Below are positions 21,320-31,511 of a DNA stretch of 64,000 nucleotides, one piece after another. Origin of the DNA: Endomicrobiales bacterium (GTDB lineage: Bacteria > Elusimicrobiota > Endomicrobiia > Endomicrobiales > CAWCFT01); contig CAWCFT010000004.1 in the NCBI GenBank assembly GCA_963794945.1, positions 96,001-160,000 on the forward strand, given 5' to 3'. The position numbers and the translations under genes were made by a program. A model generated the notes under the pieces. It saw only the letters and a list, made by a program, of their open reading frames with translations, was not told where the DNA came from and ran no database searches. How positions within the stretch are numbered: position 1 is the stretch's first letter; every line of letters begins with the position of its first letter.

Positions 21320-22140
21320 TTATGAACTTGCCTTTTTTGGTTTTACCAGTATCCTTCCGTTCTCAAAATAACAGAGGTTTACGTACTCAACGGCTTTGAA
21401 CCTTTCTCCCGCATCGAATAGAACCTGGTTAAGCTTTTTTAATTTCCGACTTATCGTCCCTTCGTCAGAACCGCCCCAGTATATTTTCATCCCGTCATCG
21501 AGGTCGAAAGCGACGTCACTGACAGGCTCCGGGTAGAACCTTACTATTTTCGGATAAATATCCTTCGCTTTGATTGCAAATATTTTTATGAAATCCAGAA
21601 CTTCCTTGCGTCCGGCATCATCTTTTGAAACTATCTCCGGCAGAAATATTCTCGCGTACATACCCCTTAAAGGGGAACGGCTTATTTTCGTAGTCAACAC
21701 CGAGACGTTCACCGTCTATTTTTGTAAAAGCGACCGGTACACGCTCTTCAAACTTTATAATGACACCCTTCCATGTGCGGCTTACCCAAAGCCTTTTGAG
21801 CTCCGGCTTACACTGGCGCAGGTTCTCCTCGGCGGCCAGACACAGGAGCCAAAAATAGATTATCCCTTTCACGGAACGGGAGCAAAGCAGAGATCTCGCT
21901 AGCCGATATATTCTTAGCGCCTCGGATCTCGATGGTCTTTATTTTAAAACAATCCGAGCAGAACAAGAAATTGCTTATGACCCTGTATCCGAACAGCACC
22001 CCGAAAACCACGGCGCACGCAATCGCCACGAACTGGCCAACCTTATAAGCTTTCTGCCTCCGCTCATATTTGAACTTGTAGCGGAGAACGACGTTCCTTC
22101 TGCGGTAAGTGGCGGGTTTCCTGCCGCGTCTTTTTCTCAT
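21320..22140 (-). CDS. ftsQ: Cell division protein FtsQ/DivIB (frame breaks near 21855 and 21670)
   Basis: Basic N-terminus, TM helix, POTRA (FKIKTIEIRGAKNIS..DNLF..EERVPVA), position between ddl and ftsA. Confidence 0.8.
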
Positions 22141-22141
22141 G

Positions 22142-23065
22142 TTAGATATTTCCTGTTAGGGAAAATCTTACTATTTCAAGTATCAGCTCTCCAAAACTAA
22201 TTCCCGCGGCGCGCGCCTCATCCGGCAACAGCGACGTCTCGGTCATCCCGGGGTTAGTGTTGGCTTCAAGCACCCACGGCGAACCCTTCTTGTCAATAAT
22301 TATGTCAATGCGCGATACCGCGCGGCAGCCCAGCGCGTCAAATGCCCTGACTGCCGTGTCCTGCGCGCGCCTTACTATCGCCGCGGGCAGCCTCGGAGGT
22401 AGAATATGTTTCGATTTGCCTTTTTTGTATTTCGCTTCAAAGTCATAGAACTTGTTGTCGGGAACGATCTCAACCGCCGGCAAGGCCTTCCCCCCAAGAA
22501 CGCCGACCGTGAGTTCCACCCCGCGGACGTACTGTTCTATTATCGCCCTGTCTCCAAACTTGAACGCTTTTTTAAGCGCGGCCGCGAGCTCTTTTTTGTC
22601 TTCGGCTATTGAAACACCGATCGCGGAGCCCTGAGCAAGAGGTTTTACCACTACCGGGAACCGTTTGATTTTAGTTGGCACACCGTTCTTTTTCACGAGC
22701 TGCCACTCAGGTGTTGGTATACCCGACGCCCTGAATATCCTCTTTGAATAATCCTTGTCCATGGCCAGAGCGCTCGACAACACGCCGCAGCCGGAATACG
22801 GGATATCCATAAGCTCCAGCATACCCTGGACGGTTCCGTCCTCGCCACAGGGGCCGTGCAGGATATTGTACACAAAATCGATTTTGTTGGATTTAAGTTT
22901 GAAAGGTAGGTCCGGCCCAGCATCGATGCCTATGGCGTTTAGTTTCATGTCCTTGAAGGCCCTGAGGACAGCCTTTCCCGAAAGGAGCGAAATCTCCCTC
23001 TCAGCGGACCTTCCGCCGTAAATGACGCCGATCTTCTTGTCTTTTAGCCAGCCGCTTACATCCAT
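22142..23065 (-). CDS. ddl: D-alanine-D-alanine ligase
   Basis: GGRSAEREISL, LHGPCGEDG, GSAIG, YDFEAKY, LEANTNPG; likely start MDVSGW. Confidence 0.96.
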   Translation of the reverse strand: MDVSGWLKDKKIGVIYGGRSAEREISLLSGKAVLRAFKDMKLNAIGIDAGPDLPFKLKSNKIDFVYNILHGPCGEDGTVQGMLELMDIPYSGCGVLSSALAMDKDYSKRIFRASGIPTPEWQLVKKNGVPTKIKRFPVVVKPLAQGSAIGVSIAEDKKELAAALKKAFKFGDRAIIEQYVRGVELTVGVLGGKALPAVEIVPDNKFYDFEAKYKKGKSKHILPPRLPAAIVRRAQDTAVRAFDALGCRAVSRIDIIIDKKGSPWVLEANTNPGMTETSLLPDEARAAGISFGELILEIVRFSLTGNI

Positions 23066-23100
23066 TTTATACCCGTATATATAAACACCTGATAAAAAGC

Positions 23101-23147
23101 TCAAAAATCAAAACAATAATTTTAATCTTTGATTCTTGATATTTGAA
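23101..23147. repeat. Short periodic palindromic element, CAAAAAT/CAAATAT class
   Basis: TCAAAAATCAAAA ... TTTGATTCTTGATATTTGA. Confidence 0.7.
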
Positions 23148-23152
23148 ATATC

Positions 23153-24070
23153 TTACTGGCCTATAAGCTTGATCTCTAGGTCAAGCTCAATGCCGAATTT
23201 TTCTTTTACTTTAGTATGCACAGCCGCGATAAGCGCTCTTACGTCGGAGGCTTTCGCGCTGCCATTATTTATTATGAAATTCGCGTGTTTTCCCGAAACC
23301 TCGGCCCCGCCGAACGCCAGGCCTTTAAGGCCGCAGGCTTCTATGAGCCTGCCCGCCGAATCTTCCGGCGGATTTTTAAAGACCGAACCCGCGTTCCATG
23401 TGCCCGTGGGCTGCGTTTCCTGACGACGGCGCATGAGCTCAGTGATTTTATTTACAATATCATTTTTGGGAGCCTTTTTCAAGTGAAAAACTGCCCCAAC
23501 GACTATCTTTCCTTCTAGATTCGAGCTGCGGTAAAAGAATTTTATTTTCTCGCGCGATAGGCGCCTCACCTTGCCGGAAGCAGACAACACTTCGACGTCC
23601 TTAACGGCGTCCTCTATCCAGCCAAGGCTGGTGCCCGCGTTCGAGATCAGAGCACCCCCGATCGTGCCCGGTATTCCCGCAAGCCCTTCTAACCCCGAGA
23701 GCCCTTTCTCGGTGCAGTCGTTTACCAGAGCCGCTATCCTGTCGCCCGCTCCCGCGTAAACCGTTTCGTTCCTAAATTTGTGTTCACAGAAGTCGCCGGT
23801 GAGCCTGGCCACTATGCCGGCAAACCCCTTGTCGCCGATCAGCACGTTGGAGCCGCCGCCTAGTATGAGGAACGGTATCTTATTATTGAGAGCAAACCTG
23901 TAAATTTTTTGGAGTTCTTCGATGGCCGCGGCTTCCGCAAAATAAGCCGCCGGGCCGCCTATTCGGAAAGTGGTGTGGTTCTTGAGCGGCTCGTTGATCT
24001 TAAGGCTGGAAACGAATTTTGATATTTCTGAGCTTAGATCAGTTTTAATAGCTCTTCTCCCTGCTTCCAT
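23153..24070 (-). CDS. murB: UDP-N-acetylenolpyruvoylglucosamine reductase
   Basis: HTTFRIGGPA, GGGSN, GIPGTIGGA..NAG, GSVFKNP, HANFIIN; start uncertain. Confidence 0.95.
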   Translation of the reverse strand: MEAGRRAIKTDLSSEISKFVSSLKINEPLKNHTTFRIGGPAAYFAEAAAIEELQKIYRFALNNKIPFLILGGGSNVLIGDKGFAGIVARLTGDFCEHKFRNETVYAGAGDRIAALVNDCTEKGLSGLEGLAGIPGTIGGALISNAGTSLGWIEDAVKDVEVLSASGKVRRLSREKIKFFYRSSNLEGKIVVGAVFHLKKAPKNDIVNKITELMRRRQETQPTGTWNAGSVFKNPPEDSAGRLIEACGLKGLAFGGAEVSGKHANFIINNGSAKASDVRALIAAVHTKVKEKFGIELDLEIKLIGQ

Positions 24071-25386
24071 ACATCTCCGGCTCCAAGCGTCAGCGCTATA
24101 TCTCCGGGCTTAAGTTCCTTTGCCAGCATCTCTACGCCGCTGAACGGCTCTGCGTTCTTGCCGTTAGTTTTGACCTCGTCTATTATCAGTTTGCTCGAGA
24201 CCCCCGGTATCGGGTCTTCGCTTGCGGCGTAAATATCGAGTATCTTGATCACATCAGCCTGAGCGAACGCCCTGCCGAACTCCTTGTAGAGATGCGCCGT
24301 GCGCGAGTACCTGTGCGGCTGGAACATCACGACTAGCCTTCTGGAAGGCCAGTTGCCCTTTACCGCCGATATAGTGGCTTTAATTTCCGTCGGATGGTGG
24401 CCGTAATCGTCTATGACGAGTATCCCGTTCTTGTCGCCTTTTATTTCAATACGCCTCCCAACACCAGCGTACTCATTAAGCGCGAGGGCCACCTTTTCGA
24501 ACGGTATACCGAGCTCGATCCCAACGGCTGTGGCCGCAAGGGCGTTGAGTATGTTGTGGTTGCCGGGCACCTTAAGTGACACGTGCCCGAGGTCTGCGCC
24601 CTTTCTGTAAACTTCAAAATCTGTAACTGAATCTTTTTTAGACACGTTCTTTGCGGTATAGTCGGCCTTTGGGCTGAAACCGTAAGTGCAGTAGGGCCTT
24701 CTTATCTGCGGCATTATCTCAACGATATTCGCGTCGTCAGCGCACAAGATCGCTGTGCCATAGAATGGAATGCTGTTAATATGCTGCACAAATGCGCGTT
24801 TTATATTGTCTATCGTCCCGTAATAGTCGAGATGGTCATTGTCTATATTGGTAACAACCGTTATGGTCGGTGAGAGCTTAAGGAACGAACCGTCGGATTC
24901 GTCCGCCTCGGCCACAAGGTAGTCACCTTTACCCAGCTTCGCTCCGCTTTTAATGTTCTTTAGCCTTCCGCCGATAACTATGGTCGGGTCTAGGCCGCCC
25001 TTTTCAAGCACAAGCGACGCCATTGAGGTAGTTGTGGTTTTCCCGTGAGTGCCCGCGATGGAAACTGTATATTTAAGCCGGGCGAGTTCCGCAAGCATCT
25101 CTATTCGTGGTATCACAGGTATCTTATTCTTCTCAGCTTCTACTACTTCAGGGTTGGTCTTGTGCACGGCAGTGGACGTCACGACGACGTTCGCTCCTTC
25201 TATATTCTTCGTGGCGTGACCAATGGAGACTGTTGCGCCCAACCTCTCAAGGTGTTCAGTTACTTCTGTTTTTTTCAGGTCAGAACCCGAGACCTTGTAA
25301 CCAAGGTGCAGCAGGACTTCCGCTATACCCGACATTCCCGAACCGCCTATACCTACAAAGTGTATGTGCTTGATACTTTTGAACAA
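24034..25386 (-). CDS. murC: UDP-N-acetylmuramate-L-alanine ligase
   Basis: HFVGIGGSGMSG, GTHGKTTTT, EADESDGSF, DDYGHHPTE, QPHRYSR. Confidence 0.97.
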   Translation of the reverse strand: MFKSIKHIHFVGIGGSGMSGIAEVLLHLGYKVSGSDLKKTEVTEHLERLGATVSIGHATKNIEGANVVVTSTAVHKTNPEVVEAEKNKIPVIPRIEMLAELARLKYTVSIAGTHGKTTTTSMASLVLEKGGLDPTIVIGGRLKNIKSGAKLGKGDYLVAEADESDGSFLKLSPTITVVTNIDNDHLDYYGTIDNIKRAFVQHINSIPFYGTAILCADDANIVEIMPQIRRPYCTYGFSPKADYTAKNVSKKDSVTDFEVYRKGADLGHVSLKVPGNHNILNALAATAVGIELGIPFEKVALALNEYAGVGRRIEIKGDKNGILVIDDYGHHPTEIKATISAVKGNWPSRRLVVMFQPHRYSRTAHLYKEFGRAFAQADVIKILDIYAASEDPIPGVSSKLIIDEVKTNGKNAEPFSGVEMLAKELKPGDIALTLGAGDVWKQGEELLKLI

Positions 25387-25413
25387 TTTTTTCTCCAGTT
25401 ATTCCGTAATGCG

Positions 25414-25797
25414 CTATTTTTTGTACCGCGCTCTGACCGTTGTAGTTATACCGCCCCTGATGCTAAAAATAAGCTCCACTTCCATCGATAACGGCTTCGC
25501 CGTTTTTACGAGGTCTGCGAGCACTTTATTGACTACACTTTCGTGCACCATGCCAACCATTCTGTATGACTGCAGATAATATTTAAGCGATTTAAGTTCG
25601 ATCACCACTTTGTCCGGCACATAAACTATCCTGATGTTTGCGAAATCCGGCAGGCCCGACCAGGGGCAGAGGCATGTGAACTCATCTGTTTCAATTTCAA
25701 CGTCGATCTTCTTTCCCTTGTACTCGTAAGGCATGGCCTCGAGTAGTTCCGGCGACACTTTGTCGAACGCAAGCTTTAACCCTTCAAATTTTTTCAT
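25414..25797 (-). CDS. queF: NADPH-dependent preQ0 reductase (short form)
   Basis: EFTCLCPWSGLPDFA, ELKSLKYYL, HE, RGG. Confidence 0.93.
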   Translation of the reverse strand: MKKFEGLKLAFDKVSPELLEAMPYEYKGKKIDVEIETDEFTCLCPWSGLPDFANIRIVYVPDKVVIELKSLKYYLQSYRMVGMVHESVVNKVLADLVKTAKPLSMEVELIFSIRGGITTTVRARYKK

Positions 25798-25813
25798 ATT
25801 TTTCCTTTTTGCG

Positions 25814-26395
25814 TTAATGCGCAATAAATATCATTATCCCTTTTCTTATCATCATGACCGCGATCGAAGCGAGTATGAGGTCGGCGAGTTTCGATACCGT
25901 TTTCGCTCCTGCTTTGCCTAGCAGCCTGTAGATACCGTTGGAAAAAACAAAAATGACGGCTGTTAAAATAATATTGAGTATGATAGCGAATATGGTTAGC
26001 TTCGGCCCGTGCTGGTCCAGAAGCAGCAGCATGGTAGTCAGCACCGCGGGGCCAACGATAAGCGGCACACCTATAGGCACTGCCCCCACGGACTCGGGGT
26101 CTATGGCATACCTTTTTTTCTCCATCGCTATCATGTCGTTTAGTGAGATCACGAACAACAGAGAACCACCCGCTATCATGAAATCCGCGACTGTTATACC
26201 CAGAAGCCCTAGTATTATTTTTCCCAGCGCGAGGAACGACAGAGCAACTACTATCGCGGTAATAGTCGACTGGAAAATTATTTTGTTCACTCTTTCTTTT
26301 TCTATTTCTTCGGTGAGGCTCAGAAAAAGCGGCAGGACGCCGACGGCGTCAACCGCGACAAAAAGAGGAACGAAACAGAGAAGGAATTCTTTCAT
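25814..26395 (-). CDS. MarC family membrane protein
   Basis: LFVAVD..G.LP.F, DFMIAGG, VPIGVPLIVGPA. Confidence 0.9.
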   Translation of the reverse strand: MKEFLLCFVPLFVAVDAVGVLPLFLSLTEEIEKERVNKIIFQSTITAIVVALSFLALGKIILGLLGITVADFMIAGGSLLFVISLNDMIAMEKKRYAIDPESVGAVPIGVPLIVGPAVLTTMLLLLDQHGPKLTIFAIILNIILTAVIFVFSNGIYRLLGKAGAKTVSKLADLILASIAVMMIRKGIMIFIAH

Positions 26396-27045
26396 ACTTT
26401 TTCTTCCTTGTAAGAACTGTATATACCTACCAGGCTGCCTAACGTGGCAACTAATATAAACCCTGAAATAGTCGAGCCGGACGGATCGTAATGCGGGACA
26501 AGTATGACAAGCGGCATGGACGCGAACACCGCAACTACAACCCCTTTCGACCAGCCTGTTAATTTAACCGGCGCAAAGAAAATCAAAAGGCATGCAGTAA
26601 TGTATTGCAGGTATACAGCTGACATCGAATAAATGCTCACATCTTTTAAAAACATTATGGTTATATGGATCGCGCCCGTGACAATGCCGGCAGCGATGGC
26701 TCTTATGACCCTGTCTAACGGGAACTGCTCATTCTCCCGCGAAGCATACGCCCCTACCAGGCAGCCGAGAGAACATAATATAATAAACCCTGAAATAAGC
26801 GAAGCGGCCGGATCATAATGCGGAATAATTATCGCTAGCGGAAGAGAGCAAAATATAGAGACAGCAAGCCCTTTCTTCCAACCCGTGATCTTAAGAGGCA
26901 CATGAAATATCACTACGCTCGCGATAACATATTGAACAAAAACAGCTGCCATGCTGTAAACACTAACAAGCTTTACAAGCATAATCACAAGATGGAACAA
27001 ACTTGCGATAGCGCCAACAATTACGGCTTTAAGGAGACTATTCAT
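26392..27045 (-). CDS. Hypothetical membrane protein made of two tandem ~100-aa repeats
   Basis: Both halves contain H..IM..K.VS.YSM.AV..QY, TGW.KG, PHYDP..S.ISGFI. Confidence 0.75.
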   Translation of the reverse strand: MNSLLKAVIVGAIASLFHLVIMLVKLVSVYSMAAVFVQYVIASVVIFHVPLKITGWKKGLAVSIFCSLPLAIIIPHYDPAASLISGFIILCSLGCLVGAYASRENEQFPLDRVIRAIAAGIVTGAIHITIMFLKDVSIYSMSAVYLQYITACLLIFFAPVKLTGWSKGVVVAVFASMPLVILVPHYDPSGSTISGFILVATLGSLVGIYSSYKEEKV

Positions 27046-27066
27046 GCAGATATCGTTGTTACCGGA

Positions 27067-28327
27067 TTAAATTACCTGAAGCACCGCGAATTTAAGATAT
27101 TCCGTCTCCGGCATGGAGATCAATACGGGGTGGTCGCGCGACTGCGAGCGAACCTCGAGAACCCTGACGTTCCTGCCTGCATCTGCCGCGGCCTGAGTTA
27201 GCATCTTCCTGAAGTCTTCCCGGCCCATGTGGTGCGAGCATGAAGAGCTTGCCAGTATCCCCCCCGGCGAGAGGGCTTCAAGCGCGAGCGTGTTGATCTT
27301 TAAGTAAACCCTATAGCCCGCATGGAAATTCTTTTTGTTCTTGATCAGCCCCGGCGGGTCTATATTTATTATATCAAATTTACCTCTTTTTTCTTTAAGG
27401 GCGCCCAGATATTCTGCGGCGTCTGCGCACTCGGAGCTAAAGCTGTTTTCAAGATCGTTTAGCGCCGCATTCTCGGCCGCAAGGGCGAGTGCGTTCTTGG
27501 ATGAGTCTACCCACACAACCTTTTTCGCGCCTGCTTTCGCGGCGTACATACCGAAAGCGCCAGTGTGGCAGAAACAGTCGAGAAAGGTTTTGCCGTCGCA
27601 ATATTTCGCAAGCGCAGCCCTGTTCTCCCGCTGGTCGAAATAAAAACCTGTTTTCTGTCCGCCCTTGAGGTCGGCGTAGAACTTCACCCCGTTAGAAACG
27701 CTACAAGCGCCTGCTGGAGATATAATGCCGTCATCTGTATTCGCGATGCATCCGTCGTTTCTAACTGGGTTAACAGAACTTTCATCTACGACCACTTTCT
27801 CAGGCACATTGCCGTAGAGTACCTCTATTTTTTCATCGAGGCCTTCTAGAGCCCTTGAAGACGAATCGTTCCTCGCTATAATGCCTTCGCATTTAAAAAC
27901 TTCTTTCAATGCCGAGATCACAGCTTCCCTGTTCTTCTCAAGGCCCGCGCTTAAAAATTGTACCGATAGATACTTGCCGTATTTGTCTACTATCAGAACC
28001 CGGAAGCCCGTCGGACTCTCCGAAAACCGCCCTGAAAGATTCAAGGCCGGGGAACAATTTTGTTCTGAAAGCCAGGGCCTTCAGTAGCCTGCCCGTCCAA
28101 AATTTCTCGTCTATCTGAAGGTTTTCTCTAGTAAGCAGCCTGAAGGCGATCAGCGAGTGCGGATTATAGAAACCAACGCCAAGGAACCCGTCTTTGCTGT
28201 TCGTAAGCTGTACCGTTTCCCCTATGGCGGGTTTTCCCGATATTTTTTCTATCTCGTTAGAGAATATCCACTGGTGCCCGGCGAGAAGCCTTTTGTCTTC
28301 CCCGTATTTTAAAGTTACTTTTTCCAT
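27067..28327 (-). CDS. rlmI: RlmI-like SAM-dependent rRNA methyltransferase (frame break near 28005; in-frame palindromic insert)
   Basis: GHQWIFSNE PUA domain, ESDGLPG, GQKTGFYFDQR, DPP, SSCS, DHP, YLK. Confidence 0.85.
27686..27770. mobile_element. 85-nt palindromic element in frame inside rlmI
   Basis: Terminal IR ACCCCGTTAGAAACG / CGTTTCTAACTGGGT (14/15); encodes NPVRND...VSNG. Confidence 0.75.
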
Positions 28328-28848
28328 TACACTGCTCCTATCCACCTTTTGACTTCTTTTTTTACATCTATGAAATTCTCGCGAGAAAGCACGAGTATCG
28401 ACGTATCCGCTAATTTCTTTATCTCGTCCGTGAAAGGCTGCGCGTTGTAGCGGACCGTAGCGAGTATCTTTTTATTGGAATTTAAACATACAATAAGAGT
28501 TTTTCTAAACAGCTCGGACACGATCTCCATGGAACCGATCTCATCTATAACTATTATCTCTTTATCTTTGAGCGCCCTGAGCAGCGACTCAGCCGCGAGC
28601 CCTTCAAGCACGCCGATATCAATGCCGTACTTGTTTAGCTTGAAAGCGCTTTTCATCCCTTTTTTAGCGAGCACGCCTTCCTTTCCGTCAAAGGTTTTGA
28701 GCTTGAACCCGAGCCTCGCCCCGTTCTCAATTATCTCTTCGGTATAAAATCCGTCGATCCTGTCCCTGGCAGACAGGCAGACTTCCTTAATCAGTGTAGT
28801 TTTGCCCGATGCGGGCTTGCCGGTTATAAAAAGGTTTTTAGTGCTCAT
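28327..28848 (-). CDS. THEP1-family nucleoside triphosphatase
   Basis: ITGKPASGKTT, GFYTEEI..R.GF, KYGID, VIDEIGSME. Confidence 0.9.
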   Translation of the reverse strand: MSTKNLFITGKPASGKTTLIKEVCLSARDRIDGFYTEEIIENGARLGFKLKTFDGKEGVLAKKGMKSAFKLNKYGIDIGVLEGLAAESLLRALKDKEIIVIDEIGSMEIVSELFRKTLIVCLNSNKKILATVRYNAQPFTDEIKKLADTSILVLSRENFIDVKKEVKRWIGAV

Positions 28849-28879
28849 TATTTTTCGTAATAATATTAACGATAAACCA

Positions 28880-29385
28880 CGGGGCTTTTCGCCCCTGCGA
28901 CCCTTAAACTTTTCTTTGCCTCACCGCAAAGAAAAGTTACAAAAGAAACGGTGCCCCGGTGGGCTATTCACTGCGTATTTTTCAGCGGCCTTGCAAACTC
29001 GCCCTTCGGCCGCTTTTATAACGGATTTAAAGGGAGCGGCACTTCCTCGCTGAAGGCTCGGTCGGGCTCAGACAAGCAAGGCCGAAATCCTCTGAAAAAT
29101 CCTCCGTTCATGGACAGCCCAAAGGGGTGGAGGTCTAAACCTTTAAACAAAATCTATTGATATTTAATGTTTTGCCCTGCTCCCCTTCGGGCTGACAATG
29201 AGCTAAAGTATTTTCGGAGGTTTCGGCAAGGACTGTTTGAGCTCCTCCTGGCAAAGCCGAGGAGCGAGTTCGCAGCCGCCGAAAATAATTTAGCGAATAG
29301 CCCTCCGGGGTGCTTTTCTTTTTCCCTATTTTCTTTGTACGCACAAAGAAAATAGGGTCAGGGGCGCGGGGGCGGAACAGCCCCG
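28880..29385. repeat. Inverted pair of ~200-250 nt structured repeats
   Basis: 28880-29127 and the reverse complement of 29182-29385 share ordered blocks GGGGCT, TTTTCTTTG..CAAAGAAAA, CCCCGGnGGGCTATTC, AACTCGC, GCTCAnACA, GCCGAAA, CAGCCCnAAGGGG. Confidence 0.8.
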
Positions 29386-29452
29386 CTTAGTTTCGATAAG
29401 CTTTTTAAACATGCATTATCTTGAAAAGGATGCAAGTGTCGAAACCCCGCAC

Positions 29453-30616
29453 TCATTTAAATTGAGATGGCTTCGTGGTTCTTAATCCAAAATGGAAGCG
29501 CGTAGCTTCCACTATACGCTCACACGCCTTGCCATCCCCGTAGGGGTTCACGGAGTGCGCCATGCGGCTGTAAGATTTTTTGTTTTCAAATAATTGCACA
29601 ATGTTCGAGAACACATCTTTCTCGTCCGTGCCAACGATTTTTACCGTACCGGCCGTAACAGCCTCCGGGCGTTCGGTAACGTCTCGCAGTACAAGCACGG
29701 GTTTGCCCAGCGACGGCGCCTCTTCCTGAATACCGCCCGAATCGGTTATCACAAAATATGAAAGTTTTATGAGGTTCGCGAGGTCGGGATAATTTAGCGG
29801 CGGAAGAAGCAATATATTAGGAACTCCTCCCAGTATCCGTTTCGCTGGTTCCTGAACATTCGGGTTAAGATGCACCGGGTAAACGAATTGTGCTTTCGGA
29901 TATTTTTCTGCCGCTCGCCTTATGGCGGTGAATGCGTTATTGAACGGCTTGCCGAAGTTCTCCCTGCGGTGGGCCGTTATAAGAACAAGCGGATAAGAAA
30001 GCTTTTCGGATGCTTTGGGAAAATGCTTTTTTAGAATGGGATTAAAGAACCCGCACTTTTTTTCAAGTATCATGTGCAGGGCATCAATGACAGTGTTGCC
30101 TGTAACAAATATTCCTTTCGGGTCTATATTTTCTTTTAAAAGCGCCTTCTCAGAAGTCTTTGTGGGCGCGAAATGGAGCGAGCAAAGGTCATCCGCGAGA
30201 AGCCTGTTGGCCTCTTCCGGGAAAGGGCGGTATTTGTCGTACGAGCGCAGGCCGGCTTCCACGTGGCCGACTGCTATCTGCTGGTAGAATGCCGAAAGCG
30301 CCGTCGCAAAGGCTGTCGTGGTATCGCCGTGAATGAGCACAAGGTCCGGTTTCTCTTTTTCAAGCACGCCTTTCATTCTCAGGAGCGCTTCGCTTGTAAC
30401 ATGGTAAAGCGTCTGCCCGTCCTGCATTATGTTGAGGTCGTAATCAGGCTTAATAGCGAAAGTTTTGAGCACATCATCCAGCATCTGCCTGTGCTGAGCT
30501 GTTACACAAACCAACGTTTTAAAATCCCTGCCGTACTCTTTGAACTTTTTGACAAGCGGCGCCATCTTAATGGCCTCCGGCCTTGTCCCGAATACTATCA
30601 TAATCTTCTTCTTCAC
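29453..30616 (-). CDS. wecB: UDP-GlcNAc 2-epimerase (non-hydrolysing)
   Basis: FGTRPEAIK, HGDT, HVEAGLR, PEE, HRREN, DSGGIQEEAP, ERPE. Confidence 0.96.
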   Translation of the reverse strand: MKKKIMIVFGTRPEAIKMAPLVKKFKEYGRDFKTLVCVTAQHRQMLDDVLKTFAIKPDYDLNIMQDGQTLYHVTSEALLRMKGVLEKEKPDLVLIHGDTTTAFATALSAFYQQIAVGHVEAGLRSYDKYRPFPEEANRLLADDLCSLHFAPTKTSEKALLKENIDPKGIFVTGNTVIDALHMILEKKCGFFNPILKKHFPKASEKLSYPLVLITAHRRENFGKPFNNAFTAIRRAAEKYPKAQFVYPVHLNPNVQEPAKRILGGVPNILLLPPLNYPDLANLIKLSYFVITDSGGIQEEAPSLGKPVLVLRDVTERPEAVTAGTVKIVGTDEKDVFSNIVQLFENKKSYSRMAHSVNPYGDGKACERIVEATRFHFGLRTTKPSQFK

Positions 30617-30665
30617 TTGTATATTCTCCTATGCCGATATGTAATTTCTTGTAACCGATGAAATA

Positions 30666-31511
30666 TTACTCTGCTTCAATTTCCTTTAATGATTTACCAT
30701 CTTTATTTTTCCAAGCAGTTAACCCGTTTGCTGATCCTCCATGTACAACTGCTGCAGCAGCACTCGGACTAGAAAATTCCTCATCTCGAGTGAATTCTAA
30801 ATATTCTGATTTAGTAGCTAGAACACCTTCATCTTTAAGTCTGTGTCTCATATTAGTCGACCACGGCCATTTCACTGAAGATGCTCGTTCGTTTAATACG
30901 GCTTGAGAACCATTCAAGACAACAAACCCATTTGGTGTAAGGAATCCTCTCGCCCTTAAACCTTTAATATCACAATATAATATTCCTTTCTCTACATCTG
31001 CTTTATTTTTACCAATAGGAATGACCAACAATTCTACTCCCAGAACAGGTAATAACTGATTTACTTTTCCCAGGAATACTTCCATATCTTCTCGATCCGA
31101 TTCTGGTAGTTTTGCGCCACTTTTTTGTCCGTTAATTACAAGTGCACGACCTGCCAAACTAGCTTGTTCGATGAGCTTCCCTTCCAAATAACGAATGTGT
31201 GCCTTTGTTAGATTTTCGTCTTTGCTAGTGAAGTATATAATCTGATTCCAAAAATCTCTTTCTAAATGTGCCTTAACTCGATCTCTTATATTTTCTGCTT
31301 CGCCAATGTATATAGCAGGTTTACCGGATTCTGGGTCATTCCCCGTTAGAAAGTATACACCTGAATTATCAGCTTCATTGCGACCAATAACACCATCAAA
31401 TTCACTACGTGGCCCCGCAACAGCTTTCCCTGTCCAATTTGATAGTTCTGCGGTTCTTAGTCGTTTAGGATCTCCTTCTGCAAGAAAAATTTTGATTGTT
31501 GCGCTAGACAT
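30666..31511 (-). CDS. GIY-YIG nuclease-family protein with C-terminal DUF4357-like domain; AT-rich
   Basis: SGVYFL..IYIGEAE..R, LTKAHIRYLE, FSSPSAAA..G..NG..WK; probable ATG 31511. Confidence 0.85.
   Translation of the reverse strand: MSSATIKIFLAEGDPKRLRTAELSNWTGKAVAGPRSEFDGVIGRNEADNSGVYFLTGNDPESGKPAIYIGEAENIRDRVKAHLERDFWNQIIYFTSKDENLTKAHIRYLEGKLIEQASLAGRALVINGQKSGAKLPESDREDMEVFLGKVNQLLPVLGVELLVIPIGKNKADVEKGILYCDIKGLRARGFLTPNGFVVLNGSQAVLNERASSVKWPWSTNMRHRLKDEGVLATKSEYLEFTRDEEFSSPSAAAAVVHGGSANGLTAWKNKDGKSLKEIEAE

Noticed and set aside
25790..25830. PreQ1 riboswitch before queF
   Set aside because: There is essentially no intergenic space after MarC and no aptamer motif.
28951..29355. Short ORFs in the structured repeat (also 49873-50229, 62729-62984)
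   Set aside because: They overlap palindromic non-coding elements and resemble no protein family.
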